Source of the DNA: Thermoanaerobaculia bacterium | GTDB lineage: Bacteria; Acidobacteriota; Thermoanaerobaculia; Multivoradales; Multivoraceae | Assembly: GCA_022824725.1 (NCBI GenBank) | Contig: JAJDZH010000018.1 | Coordinates: 321-64,320 of the forward strand | Direction of reading: 5' to 3' | DNA: 64,000 nucleotides | In this document: positions 1 through 8,836 of the stretch, in pieces | Numbering within the stretch: position 1 is the stretch's first letter | How the letters are laid out: each line of letters opens with the position of its first letter | Notes under the pieces: generated by a model | Told to the model about the DNA's origin: nothing | The model's database searches: none | Seen by the model: the letters and a program-made list of their open reading frames with translations, nothing else | Position numbers and translations under genes: made by a program

Positions 1-4
1 TGGC

Positions 5-526
5 GTGCTGCTCGTCCGCCGTGCGGGGAAAGAACTGCACTTCGACGACCTGCCGCGGCCGGAGTGGCTTTCCGGTGCGGTCGGGATCCTCGACAGCGGG
101 ACGCCCGGCCAGACGACGGGCGCCGTGGTGACGGCGGTACGTCGGCGCTACGACGAGGAGCCTGAGCGGACGGCCGCCGTGTTCGACCGAATCGAGGCGG
201 CGGTGGAGTCCTTCCGCGCGGCGCTCCAGGATGGCGGCCCGCGGGATGCCGCGTCGGCCATCGCCGAGGGTCATCGCGCTCTGGTCGAACTCGGCGTCGT
301 GCCGCCGGCGGTCGCGCGCCGGATCGCGTCGGCGGAAGCCGCCGGGGCCGCGGCGAAGATCTCCGGCGCCGGGGCCCTCGCAGGCGAGTCGGCGGGCGCC
401 TTGATCTGCATGCTCGGCGGCCGGCCGGTGGAGACGGTCGATGGCATCTCCGACCTCGAGCCCGTGAACTCGGCGATCGGCGCCGGCGGTCTCAGGTTCG
501 AGGGTCGGGCGGCCGATCGACTGTAG
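5..526 (+). CDS. GHMP-family kinase, 3' part (likely mevalonate kinase); gene begins upstream of the window
   Basis: C-terminal motif KISGAGALAGESAGALICML resembles the GHMP kinase C-terminal Gly-rich motif; sits directly upstream of the MVD-family and IPK genes. Confidence 0.5.
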   Translation: MLLVRRAGKELHFDDLPRPEWLSGAVGILDSGTPGQTTGAVVTAVRRRYDEEPERTAAVFDRIEAAVESFRAALQDGGPRDAASAIAEGHRALVELGVVPPAVARRIASAEAAGAAAKISGAGALAGESAGALICMLGGRPVETVDGISDLEPVNSAIGAGGLRFEGRAADRL

Positions 527-537
527 GCTCCGGGCCG

Positions 538-1602
538 ATGAACTCCGCGCTGGAACCGGCTCATGAGCCTGGCCCCGTGACCGCCGAGGCGCCGTCGAAC
601 ATCGCCTTCATCAAGTACTGGGGCGCCCGCGATCTCGAGGGCGACTCCGAAGGCCCCGTTCCCTTCAACCGCTCGCTGTCGATGACCCTGGACGCCTGCC
701 GGTCGATCTGTTCCGCATCGCCGCTCCCGGAAGGCAGCGACGACGAGATCCACTGGGTACAGGAGCCGGCGGGCGGCCGTTCGAGCGCGGCTGAGGAAGC
801 GCCGCCGGCCTTCGTAGAGCGCACGAAGCGCCACCTGGACCGGTTGCGGGAATGGTCGCGGCAGACGGCGGCGCCCTACGCGGGCGGATTCCGGATCGCG
901 ACGGGCAACACCTTCCCGTCGGCCGCCGGGATCGCCTCGTCGGCCTCCGGTTTCACCGCGCTGACGCTGGCCGCCTCCGCCTGCATGGGCTTCGACCTGA
1001 CGCCGCGGATGCTCTCCGCCCTGTCGCGGAGCAGCGGTTCGGGCTCGGCCGCCCGCTCCGCCTGGGGCGGCTACGTCGAGTGGCCGGACGGGGACGGCAA
1101 CGCCGCGGTTCAGATCCTGGACGAGCGGGCGTGGGAACTCTGCGACCTCGTCGCGGTCGTCGAGACGGGAGCGAAGAAGGTGTCGTCGCGGGACGGCCAC
1201 CGGCGCGCCACGAGCAGCCCGTACTTCGCACCGCGCCTGGCCGCTCTCGACGGGCGGCTGGAACGGGTGCGCTCCGCTCTCTGCGGCCGCGACTTCGAGG
1301 CGCTCGGCGACGCGGTCGAGGAGGAGGGGATCGACCTGCACCTCATCGCGATGTCCTCGCGGCCGCCGGTCTACTACTGGTCGCCGGGGACGATCGAGGT
1401 GCTGGCCGCGGTCCGCGAGCTGCGCGCGGACGGCGTGGCCGCCTACGCCACGATGGACGCCGGCGCGAACGTCCATGTGATCTGCCAGCCGGCGGACGCC
1501 GGGCAGGTGGAGGAACGGCTCGTGGCTCTCGGCAGCGTCGAGCGGGTGCTGCGCGACCGCACCGGGGGTCCGCCGGTGTGGCGTGGCGGAGCCGAGCTTT
1601 GA
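538..1602 (+). CDS. mevalonate diphosphate decarboxylase family protein (possibly phosphomevalonate decarboxylase)
   Basis: NIAFIKYWGARD and AGIASSASGFTALTLAA motifs are typical of the MVD/GHMP family; ATG at 538 follows the upstream stop. Confidence 0.8.
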   Translation: MNSALEPAHEPGPVTAEAPSNIAFIKYWGARDLEGDSEGPVPFNRSLSMTLDACRSICSASPLPEGSDDEIHWVQEPAGGRSSAAEEAPPAFVERTKRHLDRLREWSRQTAAPYAGGFRIATGNTFPSAAGIASSASGFTALTLAASACMGFDLTPRMLSALSRSSGSGSAARSAWGGYVEWPDGDGNAAVQILDERAWELCDLVAVVETGAKKVSSRDGHRRATSSPYFAPRLAALDGRLERVRSALCGRDFEALGDAVEEEGIDLHLIAMSSRPPVYYWSPGTIEVLAAVRELRADGVAAYATMDAGANVHVICQPADAGQVEERLVALGSVERVLRDRTGGPPVWRGGAEL

Positions 1603-2477
1603 GTGCGGCCGCGGCCGCGAACGCCTCGAAGTCGCGGTTGAGCGTCACCCTGGTCAAGCTTGGCGGCAGCCTGATCACGGACAAGACGGAACCGCGCAAC
1701 GTCGCGAAGGAACACCTGCGGCGGCTGGCGGCCGAAATCGCGGCCGGGTGGTCGGGGGGCGGCCTCGTGATCGGTCACGGCAGCGGTTCCTTCGGACACC
1801 CGGAGGCCCGCGCCGCCGGTCTGGCGGGAGGCGCCGGCGGCCGGCGGCTGGGCTCGGCGGCGGACCGGATGGGCATCGCGCGCACGCAGGCCGCGGCCCA
1901 GGAACTCCATCGCCAGGTCGTTTCCCGCCTGATCGCGGCCGGCGTGCCGGCGTACTCGCAACTGCCGTCCGCGTTCCTGGTGGCGGACGATGGAGAGCCC
2001 GGCGGTCCGCCGCCCGAACCGCTGGCGGCAGCGCTGCGACTCGGCCTGGTGCCGGTCACGATGGGCGACGTCGTCGTGGACCGGGCGCGCGGGGCCTCGA
2101 TCGCGTCGACGGAGACGGTGTTCGAGTTCCTTGCCCGCACCCTCGTTCCGCTCGGCATCGCAGTGTCTCGGGCGGTGTGGCTCGGTGTGACGGCGGGCGT
2201 ACTGGACGACGCCGGCCGGCTCGTTCCCCGCATCGACGCGGCGAACATCGGGGCCGCGTCGGAGGCCGCCGGCGGCTCCCCGGCGGTCGATGTCACCGGC
2301 GGCATGGAGCACCGCCTGGCGACCGCCTGGAGGCTGGCCCGGCGCGGCGTCGAATCGCTCATCATCGACGGGCGCCGCCCCGGTCTTCTCGAGTCGGTGC
2401 TCCGGTGCCCGGGCGGCGAGGCGGAGAGCGCCGGTACACTCGTGAGCCCGAGCGGGGTGGAGAATGCGCGCGAGTAG
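1599..2477 (+). CDS. isopentenyl phosphate kinase (amino-acid-kinase fold)
   Basis: N-terminus VTLVKLGGSLITDK...GLVIGHGSGSFGH is typical of IPK; a TTG start at 1599 overlaps the MVD stop (TTGA). Confidence 0.7.
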   Translation: MSAAAAANASKSRLSVTLVKLGGSLITDKTEPRNVAKEHLRRLAAEIAAGWSGGGLVIGHGSGSFGHPEARAAGLAGGAGGRRLGSAADRMGIARTQAAAQELHRQVVSRLIAAGVPAYSQLPSAFLVADDGEPGGPPPEPLAAALRLGLVPVTMGDVVVDRARGASIASTETVFEFLARTLVPLGIAVSRAVWLGVTAGVLDDAGRLVPRIDAANIGAASEAAGGSPAVDVTGGMEHRLATAWRLARRGVESLIIDGRRPGLLESVLRCPGGEAESAGTLVSPSGVENARE

Positions 2478-3156
2478 CACCGTCGAGGACTACCTGAAGT
2501 GCATCTTCCTGGCGGAGCACGAGTTTCTGGCGGGACAGGAGGCCCGGCTCGAGGGCCCGCAGCTCGTGCCGATGGGCCGGATCGCGGCGCGGCTCAAGGT
2601 GGCGCCCGCCTCGGTCACGGCGATGATGAAGACGCTGGCCGACTCCGGACTGGTCTCCTACGAACCGTACAGCGGCGTCCGGCTCCTGCCGGCGGGCCGC
2701 AAGCTGGCGACTCACGTACTCAGGCGGCATCGGCTGATCGAGCTCTTCCTGGTCAACGTGATGGGCTTCGACTGGAGTGAGGTCCACTCGGAGGCCGAAC
2801 TGCTCGAGCACTCCGTTTCCGGCCGGATGATCGAACGGATGGACGAGATGCTCGGCCATCCCTCGGTGGATCCCCACGGCGATCCGATTCCGAGCGCGGA
2901 CGGTCACATCGAGCTTGTGGATCATCCGAGCCTCCTGAAGTGCACCCTGAACCAGATCGTCGAGGTGGTCCGGGTGACGGACCAGAACGCCGAGTTCCTG
3001 CGCTTCGCGGAGCGCGAAGGGCTGGCGCCGGGCAGCCAGGTCGAGGTGGCGGCGCGCGACGAGACCGCCGGCAGCGTTGCGGTGGTCTCGGGCGCGCGCG
3101 AGTTCAGCCTGGGCTTTCCGGCGGCGTCGAAGGTGCTGGTGCGGGAAGCGAACTAG
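2464..3156 (+). CDS. DtxR/MntR-family metal-dependent transcriptional repressor with C-terminal FeoA/SH3-like domain
   Basis: Helix-turn-helix N-terminus DYLKCIFLAEHEF, metal-site residues and a C-terminal FeoA-like domain; overlaps the IPK 3' end by 14 nt. Confidence 0.8.
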   Translation: MRASSTVEDYLKCIFLAEHEFLAGQEARLEGPQLVPMGRIAARLKVAPASVTAMMKTLADSGLVSYEPYSGVRLLPAGRKLATHVLRRHRLIELFLVNVMGFDWSEVHSEAELLEHSVSGRMIERMDEMLGHPSVDPHGDPIPSADGHIELVDHPSLLKCTLNQIVEVVRVTDQNAEFLRFAEREGLAPGSQVEVAARDETAGSVAVVSGAREFSLGFPAASKVLVREAN

Positions 3157-3222
3157 CGGCAGCCGCTGGTCGTGCCGGCCTGCGGCCGGCGCCCTGTCTT
3201 CCACGGGTCAGAAGACCCGTGG

Positions 3223-3723
3223 TCACACGGCGGCGACGACGAAGAGCGGCTGGCCGCCGTCGACGGTCTGGCCGACCTCGACCAGGAGCTGCTCGAGCCG
3301 CCCGTCGATCTCCGACTGGATCTCGTTCTCCATTTTCATCGCCTCGAGCACGACGACGCCCTGCCCCGACGTCACCTCGTCGCCCTCGGCCGCGAGCACG
3401 GCCACCACACGGCCGGGCATGTAGGCGGTTGCCTCGAAGGTGTCCCCTGCTCCCTGCTGCGTCGCCTCGCCGAGAGCCCGGGAGCGGGGGTCGATCACCT
3501 TCAGTTCGAGACCGTCGACGTCGTAGAGGCCGTTGCCCAGCGAGCGGACGCTCTGCGTCGCCTGGCGTCCGTTGACGATCACGCTCAGAACGTCCGGCCG
3601 TCCCAGGGTCACGGCGTCCACCCGGTACTCGCGGTCGTCGACGGCGACGGTCCAGTGGCCGTTGGCCTCGGCGCGGACCTCGACGCGGACCTCGTCCGCG
3701 GCGCGGGCGACGATCAGTTCCAC
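3223..3723 (-). CDS. biotin carboxyl carrier protein / biotinyl-domain protein
   Basis: C-terminal biotinylation motif EAMKMENEI; overlaps the biotin carboxylase 3' end. Confidence 0.7.
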   Translation of the reverse strand: MELIVARAADEVRVEVRAEANGHWTVAVDDREYRVDAVTLGRPDVLSVIVNGRQATQSVRSLGNGLYDVDGLELKVIDPRSRALGEATQQGAGDTFEATAYMPGRVVAVLAAEGDEVTSGQGVVVLEAMKMENEIQSEIDGRLEQLLVEVGQTVDGGQPLFVVAAV

Positions 3724-5258
3724 GTCGTGCCTCTCCGGGCGTCGCGGCGCGCCGCGAGGCGCCAGTTCGACCGCGGGGCGCCGCCGCCGGCCGCGGCCGC
3801 GGTTCCGTTCGTCTCGGCCCGCTTGAGGTGGGCGAGGACGGCGGCGAGGACGGGAAGGTCGGCCTCCAGGGCGTCGTCTTCCGGCGCGGCCGGTCGCAAC
3901 TCGCCGTTCTCGAGCTTGCGATCGAGCATCGAGATGTCCATGTTGCCCGTCGTGAAGTCCTCGTCCTCGAGCAGTTGCTCGAAGAGGGGCAGGTTGGTGC
4001 GGATGCCCTCGACCCGGGTTTCGGCGAGCGCCCGCCTGAGGCGGGCCAGAGCGTCGTTCCGGTCGCTCCCCCAGACGATCAGCTTGGCCAGCATCGGGTC
4101 GTAGTGGATCGTGACCTCGGCGCCCTCGTACACGCCGCAGTCATTCCGGACACCGGGACCCTCCGGCAGTTGGAGCAGTTCGATCCGGCCGGGCGAAGGA
4201 GCGAAGTTGCGGAACGGATCCTCCGCGTACAGGCGGACCTCGACCGCGTGCCCCCGGGGCTCCAGGCCGTTCTCCAGCGCTTCCGGCAGCGGTTCGCCGG
4301 CCGCGATGTCGAGCTGGGCGGCGACGATGTCGATGCCGGTGACCAGCTCGGTCACCGGATGCTCGACCTGGATTCTCGTGTTCATCTCCAGGAAGTAGAA
4401 CTCTCCCCCGGGATCGAGCAGGAACTCCACCGTGCCCGCGCCGACGTAGTTCACGGCGGCCGCGGCGCGGACCGCCGCTTCGCCCATGCGGCGGCGAAGA
4501 TCCGCGTCGACGGCGGGCGACGGCGCCTCTTCGACGACCTTCTGGTGCCTTCGTTGCAGGGAGCACTCCCGTTCGCCGAGGGAGACGATTCGGCCGTGGC
4601 GGTCGCCGAGTACCTGGATCTCGACGTGGCGGGGCCGCTCGACGAAGCGTTCGACGTAGACGGAGGCGTCGTTGAAGCTGGCGCCTGCCTCCGAGGTCGC
4701 GCCCCGGAACGCCGCTTCCAGTTCGCTCTCCTCGCGCACCAACCGCATCCCCTTGCCGCCGCCGCCGGCGGAAGCCTTGAGCATGACCGGATAGCCGACC
4801 TCGCCAGCCGCCTCGCGCGCCGCTTCGGCGGAGGCCAGGGGGTCGGTGCCCCCCGGAACGATGGGTACGCCGGCGGCGGTCATCAGGCGCCGGCTCTCGA
4901 TCTTCGAACCCATCGCGGCGATCGCCGCGGAGGGCGGCCCGATGAAGGCAATGCCGCGTTCCTCGCAGAGGCGCGCGAACCCGGCGTTCTCGGACAGGAA
5001 GCCGTAGCCGGGGTGGATCGCGTCGGCGCCGACGGCCGCGGCCAGGTCGACGATTCTCCCGGCCTGAAGGTAGCTCTCGATCGAGGGCGCGGGGCCGATG
5101 CAGTGGGCCTCGTCCGCCATCTGCACGGCCAGACCGTCGCGGTCCGCCTCCGAGTAGACGGCGACCGAGACGATGCCGCGTTCGCGGAGCGCCCGGATCA
5201 CCCGCACCGCGATCTCGCCGCGGTTCGCGACGACTACCTTCTTCAGGCCGTTCTTCAT
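3714..5258 (-). CDS. accC: biotin carboxylase (acetyl/acyl-CoA carboxylase BC subunit) with C-terminal extension
   Basis: KVVVANRGEIAVRVIRA, ATP-grasp motifs GGGGKGMR and EMNTRIQVEHPVTE; about 60 extra aa at the C-terminus. Confidence 0.9.
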   Translation of the reverse strand: MKNGLKKVVVANRGEIAVRVIRALRERGIVSVAVYSEADRDGLAVQMADEAHCIGPAPSIESYLQAGRIVDLAAAVGADAIHPGYGFLSENAGFARLCEERGIAFIGPPSAAIAAMGSKIESRRLMTAAGVPIVPGGTDPLASAEAAREAAGEVGYPVMLKASAGGGGKGMRLVREESELEAAFRGATSEAGASFNDASVYVERFVERPRHVEIQVLGDRHGRIVSLGERECSLQRRHQKVVEEAPSPAVDADLRRRMGEAAVRAAAAVNYVGAGTVEFLLDPGGEFYFLEMNTRIQVEHPVTELVTGIDIVAAQLDIAAGEPLPEALENGLEPRGHAVEVRLYAEDPFRNFAPSPGRIELLQLPEGPGVRNDCGVYEGAEVTIHYDPMLAKLIVWGSDRNDALARLRRALAETRVEGIRTNLPLFEQLLEDEDFTTGNMDISMLDRKLENGELRPAAPEDDALEADLPVLAAVLAHLKRAETNGTAAAAGGGAPRSNWRLAARRDARRGTTWN

Positions 5259-5309
5259 GCCAGGGGGCGCATCCTAGCCGGAGGGACGACGCCGCTGCGC
5301 GGGGCGATC

Positions 5310-5345
5310 TTCCTCGGAAGCCGGCGGGGGCGCCGGCGCACCCAG
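5310..5345. repeat. solo copy of the REP/MITE core (GGGGCGCCGGCGCACCCAGTG) in a divergent intergenic region
   Basis: Matches the palindromic core seen at 11 other loci in this window. Confidence 0.6.
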
Positions 5346-5476
5346 TGAGGGTGACGCCGTCGCGCGATAATGTCCGAGCAGGCCAACGGAAGAGGAGGAC
5401 CTTTATGCAATGCAGTCTCGAACCGGGAGCTTCGCCTGACGGCAAGTGGGGTCCCCTGGTCACCAGGAAGTCCCTG

Positions 5477-6766
5477 ATGCGATCCGGCCTGGCCGCGCTG
5501 CTCGTCGCACCCTTCACCGCGTCGGCGCTGGTCGCGGGCCGCGGCCAGGAATCCGGAGGCTCGGAGGCCGAGTCGTCGGACCGGGCGGAAGGTCGGGGCG
5601 CCACGGACGAAGAGATCGTTCTCGGGGTGTCCGCCGCCTTCTCGGGGCCGTCCCGGGGGCTCGGCACGGAGCTCTACCGTGGCGCCATGGCGTACTTCAA
5701 CCACGTGAACGAGAACGGCGGCATCGAAGGCCGCAGGGTCAGCCTGAGGTTGTATGACGACGGCTATCAGCCCGATCCCTGCGTCCAGAACACGATGAGG
5801 CTGATGCTGGAGGACAAGGTGTTCTCCCTCTTCGGCTACGTCGGGACGCCGACCGTCACCCGGGTGCTCCCGATCCTGAAGAAGTTCCAGGACGAGAAGA
5901 TCTTCCTGTTCTTCCCGTTCACCGGCGCCCAGCCGCAACGGGAGCCGCCCTATGGCGAGTTCGCGTTCAACCTGCGAGCCTCCTACAACCAGGAGACGGC
6001 GGGGTTGGTCGACAATCTCGTGCAGGTCGGCAGGCGGCGAATCGCCGTCTTCTACCAGATCGACGCCTACGGCCGGAGCGGCTGGGCCGGGGTCAGGGCG
6101 GCACTGGACAAGCACGGCGAGCGGCTGGCGGGCGAGGCGACCTACAGCCGCGGCGAGAAGTTCACCGGCAGCATGAGAAAGCAGGTCGAGATCCTGCAGG
6201 GGGTCGCACCGGACGCCGTCATCTGCATCGGCGCGTACGCCGCCTGCGCCGCGTTCGCGCGGGACGCCGTCGATCTCGGGCTCGACGTGCCGATCGCCAA
6301 CCTCTCCTTCGTCGGCAGCGAGAACCTCCTGAAGCTCCTGACCGAGGGGCAGGACGACGCCGAGAGGTACACCCGGCAGTTGATCAACTCCCAGGTCGTC
6401 CCCAGCTACGAGGACACGTCGATCCCGGCGGTCCAGGAGTATCGGGACCTGATGGCGCGCTACGACCCCCAGGTGCCGGCCGACCTGGTGGAGGAGGAGT
6501 ACGCGCCGTTCCCGCACAGCTTCGGCAGCCTCGAGGGATTCCTGAACGCCAAGCTGATGGGGGAGATTCTGCGGCGCCTGGGGCCGAACCCGGACCGGGC
6601 GGGGCTGGAGGAGGCGGTGTTCTCGATCGAGGACTTCGATCTCGGGATCAGCGAACGGGTGTCGTTCGGCCCCGACCGGCGCCAGGGACTCCAGAGCGTC
6701 TACCACACCGTCGTCGAGGAGGGCCGGTTCGTTCCGCTCGACGACTGGGGCGTCAGGTTCGGCTGA
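5477..6766 (+). CDS. periplasmic binding protein, type I (Leu/Ile/Val-binding LivJ-like), orphan
   Basis: Signal peptide MRSGLAALLVAPFTASALVAG; typical PBP1 body (GVSAAFSGPSRGLG...YDDGYQPD); no ABC permease or ATPase genes adjacent. Confidence 0.75.
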   Translation: MRSGLAALLVAPFTASALVAGRGQESGGSEAESSDRAEGRGATDEEIVLGVSAAFSGPSRGLGTELYRGAMAYFNHVNENGGIEGRRVSLRLYDDGYQPDPCVQNTMRLMLEDKVFSLFGYVGTPTVTRVLPILKKFQDEKIFLFFPFTGAQPQREPPYGEFAFNLRASYNQETAGLVDNLVQVGRRRIAVFYQIDAYGRSGWAGVRAALDKHGERLAGEATYSRGEKFTGSMRKQVEILQGVAPDAVICIGAYAACAAFARDAVDLGLDVPIANLSFVGSENLLKLLTEGQDDAERYTRQLINSQVVPSYEDTSIPAVQEYRDLMARYDPQVPADLVEEEYAPFPHSFGSLEGFLNAKLMGEILRRLGPNPDRAGLEEAVFSIEDFDLGISERVSFGPDRRQGLQSVYHTVVEEGRFVPLDDWGVRFG

Positions 6767-6767
6767 T

Positions 6768-7508
6768 ATGAGAATCCGCAGGCTGTTCAAGTGGACGAGG
6801 TTCGGCATCTTCGCCGTCTTCGGCCTGATCGTCCTGTCGACCTCCATTCTCTGCATCTACACCGTCGACACGGAGTTGTCGGCGGAGTACGAGGTCAACA
6901 CCCAGAACATCGCCAAGACGATCGCGGACTCGAGCGCCGGCATTCTCCTGAACCAGAATCTCGCGACGCTGCAGTCGCTGGTCGACCAGTTTCTCGAGGT
7001 CCAGGGCATCCGGTACATCTACATCACCAGCGAGACGGGCGAGTTTCTGGCGCACACCTTCGTGCCCGGCATCCCCGAGGAGATTCTGGAGAGCGAACAC
7101 AGCAACACGGCGCCGGTTGAACGGAGCCTGCCGGGGATGGGCGACTTCATCGAGGTCGGCAGCCCGATCCTGGCCGGCGTCGCCGGGACCGTCCACGTCG
7201 GCATGGACCTCGACGTCGTCGCCCTCAAGATCCAGCGGGCGATCGGCCAGCAGGTCTACCTGATCAGCGTCATGCTCCTCATCGCCGTGCTGGCCTCGAT
7301 CTGGTTCGTCAATCTGGCCGCGAAGCCGCTGGGCGAACTGCTCGCCTACGCGGTGGAACTGGCGAAGGACGGAGAGAACGACGAGCTCGGCGAGCGGGAA
7401 CTCCTGGCGCGCGACGACGAGGTGGGCCACCTGGCGCGGCTGTTCCTTCACGTGTCGCGCCAGGGCGGCGGCCGGGGTCTGCCGGCGAACACGTCCGGCA
7501 CGGAGTAG
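6768..7508 (+). CDS. membrane sensor-domain protein (TM, Cache-like periplasmic domain, TM, partial HAMP) lacking an output domain
   Basis: Two hydrophobic segments flank a ~150 aa periplasmic domain; the HAMP-like AKPLGELL...DDEVGHLARLF segment ends in a stop; GC lower than the surroundings. Confidence 0.55.
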   Translation: MRIRRLFKWTRFGIFAVFGLIVLSTSILCIYTVDTELSAEYEVNTQNIAKTIADSSAGILLNQNLATLQSLVDQFLEVQGIRYIYITSETGEFLAHTFVPGIPEEILESEHSNTAPVERSLPGMGDFIEVGSPILAGVAGTVHVGMDLDVVALKIQRAIGQQVYLISVMLLIAVLASIWFVNLAAKPLGELLAYAVELAKDGENDELGERELLARDDEVGHLARLFLHVSRQGGGRGLPANTSGTE

Positions 7509-7515
7509 CGCGGCG

Positions 7516-8829
7516 GTGCGGGTACCGAGAGTCGTCATCGCGCTGCTCTGCACGACGCTCCAGTTGTGCTTCGGCACCGTCTACGCCTGGAGCTTCTTCC
7601 AGACGATGCTGGTCCGGCAGGCGGGCTGGACCTTCTCGCAGACGGCCTGGGCGTTCAGCATCACGATCTTCACACTGGGCGTGTCGGCGGCCTGGGCCGG
7701 GCAGGTGCTGCCGCGGCTGGGACCCAGGAAGCTTGCCCTGATCGGCAGCATCCTGTTCTCGGGCGGCTACCTGGTCGCGGCAGCCGCCCTCCGGCTGGAC
7801 ATGCTGCCGCTGTTCTACATCGGCTATGGCGTGATCGGCGGCGCCGGCATCGGACTGGGCTACGTGACGCCGGTCGCGACGGTCGCCAAGTGGTTCCCGG
7901 ACCACAAGGGACTGGTCACCGGGATCGTCGTCATGGGCTTCGGCGTCGGCGCCTTCCTGCTCAGCAAGGGACTCGCGCCCTTGCTGGTGCTGCGCACGGG
8001 CGAGGACCTGTCCGAGGTGTTCCTCTGGCTCGGCATCACGTTCGCCTGCCTCCTGATCCCCTGCAGCTTGCTGCTGAGCGATCCGCCGGTTCCCTCGGAT
8101 CTGGTGAAGTCCGCCGCCGGGACCGCCGCGGAGACGGCGCCCGCGGAAGACGACACGGCGGTCAGGACCTACCTCGGTTCCCAGCAGTTCGTGTTCATGT
8201 GGATCGTCTTCTTCTTCAACATCGCGGCCGGCATCACGGTGATCAGCTTCCAGTCGGAGCTGCTCCAGGAGGTCTGGGGCCTCTCCGACCCCACGCTCGA
8301 GCCGGCGACCCTGGCGGAGTACGGGGCCACGCTGATCGCCGTCAGTTCGCTGTGCAACGGCGTGGGGAGGCTGTTCTGGGGCCTGCTGTCGGACCGCATC
8401 GGCCGGGTGAAGGTGTTCCGGATCCTGCTCGCGAGCCAGATGGTCGTGTTCGGCGTGCTGATGACCGAGACGAATCCGTGGATCTTCTCGATCCTCGTCT
8501 GCTACGTGCTGCTCTGCTTCGGCGGCGGGTTCGCCACCATGCCGCCGTTCGTCCTGGACGTGTTCGGTTCGCGAAAGATGTCCTCGATCTACGGCGCCGT
8601 GCTCACCGCGTGGGCGGCCGCCGGAATCGTCGGTCCCGTCTACCTGGGCTACCTCAAGGACGGCTACCCCGACCGCGCGGTCATGTACTGCTTCCTGGTC
8701 GGGATCCTCATGCTGGGGGGCGGTTTCGTCTTCTCCTACCTGCTGACCGACGACCGGATGCGCCTGGGGCGGCCGACGCTCGAGGGAACCCTCCGCGAGT
8801 TCGGGATCCCCGTTTCGGGCCGGGGCTGA
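7516..8829 (+). CDS. MFS transporter, oxalate/formate antiporter (OFA) family-like
   Basis: 12-TM profile; N-terminal GTVYAWSFF motif is typical of the OFA family. Confidence 0.75.
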   Translation: MRVPRVVIALLCTTLQLCFGTVYAWSFFQTMLVRQAGWTFSQTAWAFSITIFTLGVSAAWAGQVLPRLGPRKLALIGSILFSGGYLVAAAALRLDMLPLFYIGYGVIGGAGIGLGYVTPVATVAKWFPDHKGLVTGIVVMGFGVGAFLLSKGLAPLLVLRTGEDLSEVFLWLGITFACLLIPCSLLLSDPPVPSDLVKSAAGTAAETAPAEDDTAVRTYLGSQQFVFMWIVFFFNIAAGITVISFQSELLQEVWGLSDPTLEPATLAEYGATLIAVSSLCNGVGRLFWGLLSDRIGRVKVFRILLASQMVVFGVLMTETNPWIFSILVCYVLLCFGGGFATMPPFVLDVFGSRKMSSIYGAVLTAWAAAGIVGPVYLGYLKDGYPDRAVMYCFLVGILMLGGGFVFSYLLTDDRMRLGRPTLEGTLREFGIPVSGRG

Positions 8830-8836
8830 CCGCTTC

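Noticed and set aside
2940-4104. Plus-strand ORFs 2940-3575 and 3172-4104 overlapping the BCCP and biotin carboxylase genes
   Set aside because: Antisense to strongly supported biotin-enzyme genes; Arg/Gly-rich noise translations.
5255-6856. 533-aa minus-strand ORF antisense to the binding-protein gene (similar antisense ORFs at 6753-7577, 7309-8934, 8708-9613, 31413-33056, 55652-57532)
   Set aside because: They overlap well-supported genes on the opposite strand, have low-complexity Arg/Asp/Gly-rich translations and no recognisable motifs.
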